Origin: the human T2T-CHM13v2.0 reference genome, Homo sapiens
Strand: one strand, 5' to 3'
Assembly: GCF_009914755.1 (NCBI RefSeq)
Contig: NC_060945.1
DNA: 64,000 nt
Position numbers and translations under genes: made by a program. Shown here one piece after another: positions 1 to 17,992 of the stretch (positions within the stretch are counted from its first letter, which is position 1; each line of letters begins with the position of its first letter). The notes below the pieces were generated by a model. It saw only the letters and a program-made list of their open reading frames with translations, was not told the origin of the DNA and did not search any database.

Positions 1-97
1 AATTATAAGGAGAAAAAAGGAAAAAAAATTAATTATAAGTAAACTGTAAGGTTGCACAGCAGCAGAGAAATGCCCTCTGTTTATTTTGTATTTACCC

Positions 98-190
98 AAG
101 GATGATCTCAAACTCCTGGCTTCCAGATCCACCCACCTCGGCCTCTCAAAGTGCTGAGATTACAGGTGTGAGCCGCCGCGCTTGGTGCCC
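98..190 (-). mobile_element. Alu fragment (left arm)
   Basis: CTCAAACTCCTGG..CCTCGGCCTCTCAAAGTGCTGAGATTACAGG. Confidence 0.8.
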
Positions 191-853
191 TGCCCCCAAC
201 TTTTTGACATTTTAAACAATTCTGAATCTTCTAAACATATTAAGACACACTTTCTTTCATATCTAGAATAATTTCCAGCCACTTGCACATCTCCAAAATA
301 GTGGTTTATGGTCATTTCAATTTTAGGATTTGTTAACTGGTTGCACATATATGGTTTCATTTTTATTTTGAGTTTTAGGATGACTCGAGATGTAGATGGG
401 CTTGGTATTCCCCCATTTTATAGATGGTGAAAACGTTTTGGATCCTGCTTACGCAGCTTGTCTAGGAAATGGCAATTTGCATCTCAAACCCAGGCACCTG
501 CACCAAGTCCCATCTCTTTCCATCTCTATGGTTGAAAGAATAAGTGAATCATTCAGGATGTGTTTCTGGAATGGGATTTTGAAGCTAGCCTGTATTTTAG
601 TGGTGTGGGCAAAGGGAGAAACACAGAAGCCCTGAAGCCTGATAACACTGCATCCACACCTCCCTCCTGCCTGCTCTTGGATTTCTGGGTGCCTGTAGGC
701 AAATCACTGTGATGTCAGGCCAGGGCGCCATGTGCAAACTCCCATGTGGAGGGAACTGGCAGAAACTTCCCAGCTGTGACACTGCCACACCCTCTGCTAT
801 GCAAGAACAGAGCATTTGGAAAGGAACAAAAAGTTGTATCCTATAAGGGAAGA

Positions 854-1165
854 GGCCGGGCGCTGTGGCTCACACCTGCAATCTAAGTACTTTGGGAGGC
901 TGAGGTGGGCAGATGGGCTTGAACTCAGGAGTTCAAGACCAGCCTCGGCAACATGGTGAAACAATGTATCTACAAAAAAAAAAAAAAAAAAAAATTAGCT
1001 GGGCGTATGGTCCCAGCTACTTGGGAGGCTGAGGTGGGAGAATCACTTGAACCCTGAGGGGCAGAGGTTGCAGTAAGCCAAGATCGCACCACTGTGCTCC
1101 AGCCTGGGTGACAGAGTGAGACCCTGTCTCAAAAAAAAAAAAAAAAAACAAAAAAAGAAAAAGAA
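854..1165 (+). mobile_element. Alu
   Basis: GGCCGGGCG start, dimeric, A tail. Confidence 0.93.
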
Positions 1166-1491
1166 GTGAAGAGACTTAGCACTCTGCAGTTATCGCGCTT
1201 TCTCTCTGCACAAACTCAAATCATTTAAAAATGAGTTATTTTAATATTTTAGTAGTTGAGGCCAATGGAGTCAAAGGTACTTGCCCAAGGCCACAGGGCA
1301 AAACTCGGACATCTAATCTCGATGTTTTTGTTTACACTGACCTTCAATTCAAAATAAATATTGCTCGCTGTTTTATTTTCTCTACAAAGAAACCATATGC
1401 AGTGGTAGAAATGAGCAGTGTGGTGGCATCAGACCCTCACTGTACATGCTCTTAAAAAAGTGACTCAAAGGCTTAAAAAGTGACTTAAAGC

Positions 1492-1769
1492 CTCACACCT
1501 GTAATCCCAGCACTTTGGGAGGCCGAGGCGGGCGGATCACCTGAGGTCAGGAGTTTGAGACCAGCCTCGTCAGCAGGGTGAAACCCCATCTCTACTAAAA
1601 ATACAAAAATTAGCCAGGTATGGTGGTGAATGCCTGTAATCCCAGTTACTCAGGAGGCTGAGACAGGAGAATCATTTGAACCCGCGGGGCGGAGGTTGCA
1701 GTGAGCCTAGATTGTGCCACTGCACTCCCGCCTGGGCGACAGAGTGAGACTCCACCTCAAAAAAAAAAA
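1492..1769 (+). mobile_element. Alu (slightly 5'-truncated)
   Basis: Dimeric Alu; TSD AAAAAGTGACTTAAA. Confidence 0.93.
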
Positions 1770-1784
1770 GTGACTTAAAATAAA

Positions 1785-2080
1785 TTTTTGTTTGTGTGAC
1801 AGGGTCTCACTTTGTCACTCAGGCTGGAGTGCAGGGGTGAAATAATGGTTCACTACAGCCTAAACCTCCCAGGCTCAAGCAATCCTCCCACCGCAGCCTC
1901 CCTAGTTGCTGGGACTATAGGGATGCACCACCATGCCGCCAGCTAATTCTGTTATCTTTTTGTAGAGATGAGGGTCTTACTATGTTGCCCAGGCTGGTTT
2001 TGAACTCCTGGGCTTAAGCGATATTCCCCCCTCCACCTCCTAAAGTGCTGGGATTACAGGCTTGTGCCACCACACCCGGC
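1785..2080 (-). mobile_element. Alu (J-like)
   Basis: Antisense Alu, tail-to-tail with the previous one. Confidence 0.92.
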
Positions 2081-2275
2081 TAAAAGTGACTTTTCCTTTA
2101 ACCCAGAAAGAACGCTTCCAATCTATACTAGTCAGAAATCTGGACCAGTGTTAATGTGGAAAATGCTCACCACACTCAGCTTTAAAACGGCAAAAAACTA
2201 GAAACACATGTCTGAACATAAGAAAATGGCTTTTTAAATGGCATATTATGTAGCCACTAAAATGAGATTTTTCAG

Positions 2276-2614
<339 letters not shown>

Positions 2615-3034
2615 TTAATGACATAAAAAGTACTTAATGACATGAGGAAAAATTACAAACCACACTGTGTGTTTTTCTACACAGTGAAAAATGCTCACTA
2701 CACTATAGTAGTGAGCATATGTCACTACTATAATCAGAAAAAAAAGGATGACACGATCCTGTCACTTATTAATGACTATGGCCCTTAAAGGGGAGATACA
2801 TCCTCTGTGGTTTCTGATAACACAGCTTCTGATATGAAAGGCAATTGCCTCAAGTTAAGGAGATCCATGAAAGACTGAGGAATTGGATCAGATTACCTCT
2901 TAAATTCCTTCCAAAGCTTAGCTTTAACGTAGACTCCTCCAACCTGGGGGAATTTTCTTTAGCTCTGCAGAATGCAGATAAGGATGGTATTTGTTCAGAG
3001 CAAAGGATAGTAATAACAATTTCCCTGTGCATTT

Positions 3035-3190
3035 CTTTTTTTGAGTCAGGGTCTTGCTGTGTCCCTCGGGCTGGAGTGCAGTGGCACCATCACAGTTCAC
3101 TTGCAGCCTCGACCTCCCTGGGTTCAAGCCATCCTCCTGCCTCAGCCTCCAGAGGAGCTGGACTACAGACGTGAGCCACCATGTCTGGCC
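3035..3190 (-). mobile_element. Alu monomer/partial
   Basis: GGCTGGAGTGCAGTGG..CTCAGCCTCC..GTGAGCCACC. Confidence 0.85.
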
Positions 3191-4639
3191 CCTATACATT
3201 TTGTCACACCAGAAGGACCTGAGAAATGTTTGCATTGTTCAAGTATTTATTTATCTTGGAGTGAATTCTGCTTCAATTTTGTCTTTCTGTTCTTTTCTTT
3301 TCTGAGTTCATTTTAAAAAACTGCATGAATCCTTTCTAGCAGACCAGAGCCACTTGTTGTCTTGGGGTGATGGGCTTTTACATGTAGCTGGTCTTTCTGT
3401 TTAAACCCAAAGGATGGGAAAGTGCCCTTGACAGCTTTCAGCAAGGATCTCTAGCACTTACAAAAAGGGGGCTTTAGGGGAGTCATGCCAATCTATGGAG
3501 GTCACTGGGCTGGAACCGATCAGGCTTTCAACAAAAAAAGTGTTGATAGAAATGGACAATGGGATTCCAGGTACTGAATCCATATCATTTTAAACTGTTT
3601 ATCTTTAGGACTTGGCGCATCTGCTAGAGAAAAACAGCAAATAGCACATCTAAAAACAGCTTGGTGGTTTTTTGCATCTTTAGAGAAAGCTGCTTTAGGA
3701 GGGTCTGCAGTATAGACCTCCTGTATCTGCAAGGTGACAGACGGAGGACCCCAAGCCGTGGGAACTGGTCACCTACTGTGGGGCCCAGGCCTCTCCCCAC
3801 TGCAGGTCAAGCCCATCTTGAAGCCACCACCTGCTTAGTGCTCAAGGTCACCGCTCTCAGCCTGGTCCAGGTGCTGAAGGATCATCTCGACACGAGGGGG
3901 CGCCATCTCCTCACATTGTGAGGAAGCCTCTGGCATCGGGATGAATTTTGTTCTAGAGCTTTCCTTCTACAAACCTCGGTGTTGTTCTCGCTCACATGCA
4001 AGAAAGAATCGGAGTATTGTGAGGTCTGCAAATGAAAGGGTCCCTTGCCAAATGCTCTAATCCAGGCTCCTGGTGTTTGCGGGCCCAGATAGCTACAGTT
4101 TGTTGTCCCCTGGCTGCAAACCTTCTAGGAGTTTCTAGCTTTAGAAACCCTAGAAACAAACCCCTTCTAATGTTTCAGCTCCACAGCCCCTGCCCACCCA
4201 GCCCCTCAGACTTCCCATAGCAACCCAGGTTGGAGTCATCTCGCCCAGGTTTTCATATCTGCTCCACGGGCTTCACAGAAAAGTGCTGCTGGCTTGGAGC
4301 AGATCCGTAACTCTGATATCAAAGTCCTTTTTCTTTTGGGGCTAGGGCAGTTCAGGGAGAAGTTATGCCACTAAATGGGTGCCTTGTTGGGGAAGACGGT
4401 AATGACTGTAGGAATGAACAAATGATAAACAGCAGAACATTCTTCTGTTCATTGATTTGAATCAAAACAGACTGTAAATTGAGATGAGGAATGAATGTAT
4501 TAATAGTAAACTGGACCTGCTTGGTGCCCTTTTTTGATGTCATGAAGCACTCTGCAGTTCCAGCTGCGGCCAAGCCTTGGGGCCTGGGGGACCTGGGTCA
4601 CTGGAGTCTGGTTATGATCCTGTTGTTCCTGCAGAGGCA

Positions 4640-4860
4640 GCGTCAGGTTCTGCAGCCCCAGGGCCTGGGTTGGAATTGCAGCCCTTCCCTTCACCAGCTG
4701 TGTGACTTGGGCAAGTTGCCTAACCTCCTGCCTCATTTCCTTACCTGGAGAATGGAGATAGTGATGGTATATATCATGTAAATTATGTAATGCCTGCAAA
4801 ACATTTAACGCAGCGTGGGCAAGGAGTCGGCACACCACAAACTAGAGCTGTTACTCTCAT
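4640..4860 (+). mobile_element. MIR
   Basis: CAGCTGTGTGACTTGGGCAAGTTGCCTAACCTC..CCTCATTTCCTTACCTG core. Confidence 0.7.
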
Positions 4861-4948
4861 CCCCAGGATGCAGTCCCCTCTAAATGCAGTATTTTGTCTT
4901 TCAATAGAGGCAAGATGAATGCAAACATGGATCATGCTTCATTATGGA

Positions 4949-5248
<300 letters not shown>

Positions 5249-5535
5249 TTCCATTTTGGAATGTTAATGCTTTGTTTCATTACCTTCTTTTTTTAAATTT
5301 TTATTTATTTTTTATTTATTTTTATTTTTTTATTATACTTTAAGTTTTAGGGTACATGTGCACATTGTGCAGCTTAGTTACATATGTATACATGTGCCAT
5401 GCTGGTACACTGCACCCACTAACTCGTCATCTAGCATTAGGTATATCTCCCAATGCTATCCCTCCCCCCCTCCCCCCACCCCACAGCAGTCCCCAGTGTG
5501 ATATTCCCCTTCCTGTGTCCATGTGTTCTCATTGT

Positions 5536-9353
<3,818 letters not shown>

Positions 9354-9401
9354 TTATTTTGCTCGTTAGTTGATGCAGTTTCTTCCTAGTCGCGATGGTC
9401 T

Positions 9402-10418
9402 TTACATTTTGGCATGATTTTGCAGCGGCTGGTACCGGTTGTTCCTTTCCATGTTTAGCGCTTCCTTCAGGAGCTCTTTTAGGGCAGGCCTGGTGGTGAC
9501 AAAATCGCTCAGCATTTGCTTGTCTGTAAAGTATTTTATTTCTCCTTCGCTTATGAAGCTTAGTTTGGCTGGATATGAAATTCTGGGTTGAAAATTCTTT
9601 TCTTTAAGAATGTTGAATATCGGCCCCCACTCTCTTCTGGCTTGTAGGGTTTCTGCCAAGAGATCCGCTGTTAGTCTGATGGGCTTCCCTTTGAGGGTAA
9701 CCCGACCTTTCTCTCTGGCTGCCCTTAACATTTTTTCCTTCATTTCAACTTTGGTGAATCTGACAATTATGTGTCTTGGAGTTGCTCTTCTCGAGGAGTA
9801 TCTTTGTGGCGTTCTCTGTATTTCCTGAATCTGAACGTTGGCCTGCCTTGCTAGATTGGGGAAGTTCTCCTGGATAATATCCTGCAGAGTATTTTCCAAC
9901 TTGGTTCCATTCTCCCCATCACTTTCAGGTACACCAATCAGACGTAGATTTGGTCTTTTCACATAGTCCCAAATTTCTTGGAGGCTTTGCTCATTTCTTT
10001 TTATTCTTTTTTCTCTAAACTTCCCTTCTCGCTTCATTTCATTCATTTCATCTTCCATCACTGATACCCTTTCTTCCAGTTGATCCCATCGGCTCCTGAG
10101 GCTTCTGCATTCTTCACGTAGTTCTCGAGCCTTGGTTTTCAGCTCCATCAGCTCCTTTAAGCACTTCTCTGCATTGGTTATTCTAGTTATATATTCTTCT
10201 AAATTTTTTTCAAAGTTTTCAACTTCTTTACCTTTGGTTTGAATGTCCTCCCGTAGCTCAGAGTAATTTGATCGTCTGAAGCCTTCTTCTCTCAGCTCGT
10301 CAAAGTCATTCTCCATCCAGCTTTGTTCCGTTGCTGGTGAGGAACTGCGTTCCTTTGGAGGAGGAGAGGCGCTCTGCATTTTAGAGCTTCCAGTTTTTCT
10401 GTTCTGTTTTTTCCCCAT
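9402..10418 (-). CDS. LINE-1 ORF1p (RNA-binding chaperone), intact 338 aa
   Basis: MGKKQNRKTG...PLQNHAKM with uninterrupted frame; conserved REKG, ARR and YPAKLS motifs present. Confidence 0.95.
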   Translation of the reverse strand: MGKKQNRKTGSSKMQSASPPPKERSSSPATEQSWMENDFDELREEGFRRSNYSELREDIQTKGKEVENFEKNLEEYITRITNAEKCLKELMELKTKARELREECRSLRSRWDQLEERVSVMEDEMNEMKREGKFREKRIKRNEQSLQEIWDYVKRPNLRLIGVPESDGENGTKLENTLQDIIQENFPNLARQANVQIQEIQRTPQRYSSRRATPRHIIVRFTKVEMKEKMLRAAREKGRVTLKGKPIRLTADLLAETLQARREWGPIFNILKEKNFQPRISYPAKLSFISEGEIKYFTDKQMLSDFVTTRPALKELLKEALNMERNNRYQPLQNHAKM

Positions 10419-11323
10419 CTTTGTGGTTTTATCTACTTTTGGTCTTTGATGATGGTGATGTACAGATGGGATTTTGGTGTGGATGTCCTTTCTGTTTATT
10501 AGTTTTCCTTCTAACAGACAGGACCCTCAGCTGCAGGTCTGTTGGAATACCCTGCCGTGTGAGGTGTCAGTGTGCCCCTGCTGGGGGGTGCCTCCCAGTT
10601 AGGCTGCTCGGGGGTCAGGGGTCAGGGACCCACTTGAGGAGGCAGTCTGCCCGTTCTCAGATCTGCAGCTGCGTGCTGGGAGAACCACTGCTCTCTTCAA
10701 AGCTGTCAGACAGGGACATTTAAGTCTGCAGAGGTTACTGCTGTCTTTTTGTTTGTCTGTGCCCTGCCCCCAGAGGTGGAGCCTACAGAGGCAGGCAGGC
10801 CTCCTTGAGCTGTGGTGGGCTCCACCCAGTTCCAGCTTCCCGGCTGCTTTGTTTACCTAATCAAGCCTGGGCAATGGCGGGCTCCCCTCCCCCAGCCTCG
10901 CTGCTGCCTTGCAGTTTGATCTCAGACTGCTGTGCTAGCAATCAGCGAGACTCCGTGGGCGTAGGACCCTCCGAGCCAGGTGTGGGATATAGTCTCGTGG
11001 TGCGCCGTTTTTTAAGCCCGTCGGAAAAGCGCAGTATTCGGGTGGGAGTGACCCGATTTTCCAGGTGCGTCCGTCACCCCTTTCTTTGACTCGGAAAGGG
11101 AACTCCCTGACCCCTTGCGCTTCCCAAGTGAGGCAATGCCTCGCCCTGCTTCGGCTCGCGCACGGTGCGCGCACCCACTGACCTGCGCCCACTGTCTGGC
11201 ACTCCCTAGAGAGATGAACCCGGTACCTCAGATGGAAATGCAGAAATCACCGTCTTCTGCGTCGCTCACGCTGGGAGCTGTAGACCAGAGCTGTTCCTAT
11301 TCGGCCATCTTGGCTCCTTATTC
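10419..11323. promoter_or_regulatory. L1 5'UTR bidirectional promoter (sense on -, antisense on +), CpG-rich
   Basis: YY1 site CAAGATGGCCG (rc 11302-11312); retained CpGs over ~10840-11310. Confidence 0.8.
10874..11089 (+). CDS. LINE-1 ORF0 (antisense ORF in 5'UTR), intact 71 aa
   Basis: GCAATGG start at 10874; MAGSPPPASLLPCSLISDCCASNQRDSVGVGPSEPG...RCVRHPFL-stop; splice donors CAG|GTGTGG (10979/10980) and CAG|GTGCGT (11064/11065). Confidence 0.85.
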   Translation: MAGSPPPASLLPCSLISDCCASNQRDSVGVGPSEPGVGYSLVVRRFLSPSEKRSIRVGVTRFSRCVRHPFL

Positions 11324-12589
11324 TCATTACCTTCTTGAGTTGTGGCTCAGACACTACAACAGAGCTCTGTCACCTCTTTCTAAAAGCTGGGAAATGGTTA
11401 TTGTCAACGCCAGCCCCATTTTGGAGGCACCTGGTTGCAGGGGACCACAGCTAGGTGAGTCACAACTGGGTGTCTTCATCAGGGGGTTTACAAGGGAAGA
11501 CAGACTAGTGATTTTAGAACAATCAGCAATCAGGGCACATTGGCAAGCAAGCACAGAGCAAGATTTATTTTATAAAAAAGAGCGTTTATGTTTGGTTCAA
11601 ACAAAAATGTGAGAACGGCCGAGGCTTTGTAGGAGTTCACCACGAAAAAGGAAATTACATGGTAAAAAAAAAAAAAAGAAAAAAAAGAAAGATAAATTCT
11701 ACATTTTTTTCTTTATATAATTATTTAGCTGGAGCAAAAGTGAAAGTAAAAGTTGGGGCAAGGAAACACATTCAGATGTGGGGAAGTGCTCCCAGAACGT
11801 GGGACAGCGAGTGGCGGAGTCCGATTTTGAAATGCTCCAGAGAGAATATGATCTTCCTGGACCCCACAGTGGGATGCACCACCCCAAAAACCATTGGCAA
11901 AGTTTGGTGACAGAGGAATCATTTTGTTTCTTTTTATGCATAAAGAACACACAGAAAGGAACACTTGCTTTGAGGATCCTGGTAAATCAGGCTGGTGTTC
12001 TGTTGGGGCAGTGCAGTTTGGTACAAGGAAGTGGTCACTGCTGACCCCACGGAGAGGCTGGGAAAAGCGTAGATGAGGTGACTGGAGAATAAAGGAGGCT
12101 TTTTCTAGCTCAAGGTTTAAAGGCAGCCACAGTGTCTGTAGCAGATGAATTAGTGTGACCTTGGAGATGGCCCCTTGACCCGAAAGTGGTAAAGAATGCC
12201 ATACTTTTCATTTTGCAGGACACCTCCTTGGGGGAGGCTGGGCTGGTAGCATATTTCTACGGGCTTATGGTTCTGTGGATAGAATTGTAGGGCTGGATAA
12301 AAGCACTGGCTATTTTGAGTTTTTAAGCAATCAGGGGGCTATTAGTGGGGTGGTCTTTGGGAACCAAGGCCAAATCTGCAGGACAGCAGAGTAATTCAGA
12401 TCATCTATATTGTATGGCTTGAAATGGGATAGAAAGCCATCTTTATTCATTCATTCATTGCAGGCATGAACTCTTTAAACAAATATGAGTGGCCTATTTG
12501 AGATCATGATAGAAATTGTAGGGAATAGAGAAGCAACCAAGACTGACCCTATAAGGAGCTGTCACCAACTCCCTTTGAATCAATTTTAA

Positions 12590-12880
12590 CTTTTTTCTTT
12601 TTTTTGGGACAAGGCTTTCACCCAGGATGGAGTGCAGTGATGCAATCTCGGCTCACTGCAACCTCTGCCACCTGGGCTCAAGCCATCCTCCCACCTGAGC
12701 CTCTCAAGTAGCTGGGACCACAGGCGCACATCATCACACTCGGCTACTTTTTGTATTTTTTGTAGAGATGAGGTTTCATCATATTGGCAAGGCTGGTCTT
12801 GAACTCGTGAGCTCAAGCGATTTACCTGCCTCAGCCTCCCAAAGTGCTGGGATTATAAATGTAAGCCATCATGCTTGGCC
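12590..12880 (-). mobile_element. Alu
   Basis: TSD TGAA(T/C)CAATTTTAACTTTT. Confidence 0.93.
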
Positions 12881-13492
12881 TGAACCAATTTTAACTTTTA
12901 AAAATCACCTTTTCTTTGTTATACATTCAAGAAGACACTGAGATGGGCATTAGACTAACATCAAGCTAAGTTGCATATAATTTCATAAACTCTGAGCTTT
13001 CTTGAATATATTTTTTAATTTGTGGGAATTCCTTGTACACCTGAGCCCCAAAGACACAGCAAACTCCAGTCATAGCTTGGCAATTAAATGAAGCAATGAA
13101 AGAGAGAGAAAAAAAATGATAAAAACAAGTCATTCCAGTTGGCAGAGCCTCACAGTACAGTTCTCAAAGTGGCTGTTCATCAGAAATGAAGTTGGCACCA
13201 TCTTAGGGACATTGGATCAAGTCAGTCCATTTGTGACAAGGACAAAAGGAGTAGTAGTCTTTCCTTTTGTGATGTGTGACAGCACTGCTCACCCTGGAAT
13301 TAATGGGGTTTATATAATCCAGATTTGCTGATGTCCTCAGGGCCTGGAAATTTTCCTTATTTGTGTTCCAATTCTAAAGGTTTCCTGAGAATATTCTAGA
13401 AGTAGTCTTTCATGGTAGCCATCAATCCTGGCTACTGATTGAAGTCAACTGTAGAGCTTAAAAAATGACAGATGTCCACCAAAGGCCTATGA

Positions 13493-13811
<319 letters not shown>

Positions 13812-14135
13812 TTATTTTATTTTTAATTAATTGTTGAGCTTGAATATTCAGTGATTGAACAGGGATTAAATATCCCAGCATATCTATGGTGGAACGCTAT
13901 GCTGCTGTTTAAAACTATGGTGAAAAAGAATTTGTTGACCTGAGACAATATTCATAATGCCTTGCTAAGTTTTTTTTTTTTTAAAAGAGCAGGCTCAAAT
14001 TCAAGAAAGAGTAGCCTGTGTATAAATGAGGTTTTTGTTAAATAATTGTGTATTTATACACATTATATAAAAGGCCAGAAAGAACCTCAAAAACTGTTGA
14101 CAGTGTTGGCTTCTGAGCAATGATTTCTGTTTGTC

Positions 14136-14437
<302 letters not shown>

Positions 14438-14749
14438 TAGTTATGTTTCATAATAAAAAGAAGACACTCCAAATGGAAGGTTACAGCTGACCTTAGGGAC
14501 AGTGTCCCCTTTGATGACTTGGGACCTCCCCTTATGGGAGCAGAGACAGCTGGCCGGTTGCAATGGGTCTGTAGGTCCTGAACTGAAAGTGTGACAGGTT
14601 TCTAGGGTGGGACTGGAGTGAACCAAATATCTTGATAGGATAAATTTTGCAGAAATATTTTATACAAGTAAAATCAACACTGTGGACTCAGCTTTGATGT
14701 TTTTAAAAAATTTTTGCATGCTAAATTAAAAAAAATTGTATTGCCCCCT

Positions 14750-15000
14750 GCTTTATTGAGACATAATTGACAAGTAAAATTGAATATATTTAAGGTACAG
14801 AATGTAATGACTTGATATACATAAACATTGCAAGATGCTTACCACAATCAAGTTAATGAACGTATTCATAACCTCCCACAGTTACTTTTGGATGTGTGTG
14901 TATGGTGAGAATACTTAAGTTCTTCTCTGTTAGCAAATTTCAAGTGTACTATACATTGTTATTAACTATAGTCACCATGCTATACATTAAGTCTCCAGAC
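14750..15000 (-). mobile_element. L1MA-type 3' end fragment
   Basis: CTTTATTGAGACATAATTGACAA..TTAGCAAATTTCAAGTGTAC..TTATTAACTATAGTCACCATGCT. Confidence 0.75.
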
Positions 15001-15076
15001 AAAACAGTTTTAAACACATTATTCTAAAGTATCCCTGGAGCTAACAATTATATATGATCCCCCTTATTTCTCATAT

Positions 15077-15386
15077 TTCTTTTCTTTTCTTTCTTTTCTT
15101 TTCTTTTGAGAGGAGTCTCGCTGTGTTGCCCAGGCTAGAGTGCAGTGGCACGATCTCGGCTCACTGCAACCTCCACCTCCTGGTTCAAGGGATTCTCCTG
15201 CCTCAGCCTCCCAAATAGCTGGGATTACAGGTGCCTGCTGCCACACCCAGCTAATTTTTGTATTTTTAGTAAAGATGGGATTTCACCATGTTGGTCAGGT
15301 TGGTTTCAAACTCCTGACCTTAAGTGATCCACCTGCCTCGGCCTCCAAAGTGCTGGGATTACAGGCATGAGCCACCACACCCAGCC
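15077..15386 (-). mobile_element. Alu (S-like)
   Basis: (TTTTC)n tail, antisense dimer. Confidence 0.93.
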
Positions 15387-15700
15387 TGTTTGTCTTTTCT
15401 TTAGTGTTTCTCTGTGGTTTTGGAGTTTTAAGCATTAATCTCACGTTACTTTTGTACTGAGGAAGAATCCCCTCAATAAATATTAATGCTTTCCCCTTCA
15501 GGGACAACATGGTGAGGAGCAGCAAAGAAGAAACGAGATACGTGTGGCTGCTTCATTTACTCATTCATGATTTTTGGTTAGCCTTTGAAAGTTTATTTTT
15601 CAATTTTATTTAGTCTTTTTTTTGTATTCATAAAGGAAAAAAAAAGGGTCTTCAGTGCTTGTGTGAGCCTGGCACTTGGTTTTATGCCCTTGGGCTGTAG

Positions 15701-16213
<513 letters not shown>

Positions 16214-16499
16214 TAAATGGGGCTTAAATTGCTCAAAGCCTAAAGACAATGAAAAGTGGCAGAATGTGAAGACCCGGTTTGTTGGTTTCACCCTGGAATC
16301 TCAACTGAGTTCCCCCAGAATGTCCCTGGACCCATGACCCTCAGCTGAAATGTCTTAGTTTAGAATGTGACATGTCTAAGTGGGATGACAATCAAAATAG
16401 ACCCAGCTGGGAAGTTGCCAGCATCCTTGAAGGTTGTTAGATGTGGCAAACACCTTCCTTCCTTCTTTAAGGGTGGTAAGAAAACAACAGCTCAGGAAG

Positions 16500-16720
16500 T
16501 CATAATAATTCTAACAGCAGCATCTACTTAGCACTGTCTAAGCACTTCATGTTCATTTACTCATGTAATCCTCCCCAAACCTATAGGATGCCTATAGGTA
16601 AAATCATCCCCATTTTACAGATGAGGAAACTGAGGTTTAGAGAGGTGAATGATCTTGCCCAAGACTACATGGCCAATCAGTTAGCTTGCCTCCAAAGACC
16701 CTGGGCTTAACTGCTATATT
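16500..16720 (-). mobile_element. MIR
   Basis: CCCCATTTTACAGATGAGGAAACTGAGGTTTAGAGAGGT core. Confidence 0.75.
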
Positions 16721-16781
16721 ATCCAACCCCAAACTCTACCAGTGGCCACTGTGCAAATTCTGGCTGTGTGGCTGCCTCCAG

Positions 16782-16913
16782 GGTTCAAGAATATTGACCA
16801 TTGCCTGGCAGCTTGCTGCTTGGGGGCCCCTGCTGAACATTTTCTGGTGTGAAATCATTATTTAACTTCAACCTTCTAAAACTGTGCCCTTCATGGTCCC
16901 AGCTAGCACAAAG
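16782..16913 (+). ncRNA. Possible internal non-coding exon
   Basis: CTGCCTCCAG| acceptor and AAG|GTAAAA donor around 132 nt of unique sequence; signals only moderate. Confidence 0.25.
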
Positions 16914-17296
16914 GTAAAAACACTTGATAAAACGCATAAAACACAGCCAGCAGCGTATTTCCAAATCACGTTGTAAGCCAGGCAGCGTTCTCTTGAAACA
17001 TACATCCTTGGGGGCAAAGCAGTTAAGAGAGGTTCCACTGCAGTGTGTGGACTGGGGTGTTCACTGAACCAGACAAAGCTGGGGGTTTTGGGATGCCAGA
17101 GGCCTGTAGTGGGAACAGCTAGGGGAGGACTGCAGCCAATCTGGATAGTGGCAACAGGACAGGGAAATTGACTCTAGTTTTTGCTCAGTAGCAAAACTGT
17201 TTTGAAAGAGAATCTCTCCTCTACCTCACCCCCAGGCATGTTTTTTAAGTCTTTAAAAAATACTGTTAAAGCAAACTATATATGGATATGGCCTGA

Positions 17297-17671
<375 letters not shown>

Positions 17672-17958
17672 TAACTTTGAAACAGATTGAAACCCTAATT
17701 TAGGATTATGACAAGATTGAAATCCTAATTGAGGAGTATGCAGCTGTAACAATTGCCGAGTCTTGGCCAATCCCAGCAGCCTTACTTCAACCGCTCATAC
17801 ACTGCTGAGTGTTCACACTCTGTTCAAATAAGGCAAACGCCGAGCTGTAACCGATCCAGCTGTTTCAGAATCTCACCTCCGATTTCTGTACGTCACTTCC
17901 TTTTTTTTTTTTTTTTTTTTTATAAATTTGTTCAGACCCGAGTCATCCCTGGAGTCTC

Positions 17959-17992
17959 ACACTTGATCTTAGCCAAAAGGCCGAGAAGCGAT
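17959..17992 (-). pseudogene. 3'-truncated (tailless) U2 snRNA retropseudogene, U2 nt 1-34
   Basis: rc = ATCGCTTCTCGGCCTTTTGGCTAAGATCAAGTGT, matching the U2 5' end; flanked by perfect direct repeat CATCCCTGGAGTCTC (17944-17958, 17993-18007). Confidence 0.95.

Noticed and set aside
11115-11612. 165-aa ORF crossing the L1 5' junction
   Set aside because: TTG start, half is antisense L1 5'UTR, no recognisable domain; chance read-through
17959-17992. Functional U2 gene
   Set aside because: Only 34 of ~188 nt; no Sm site, PSE/DSE or 3' box; has retroposition TSD
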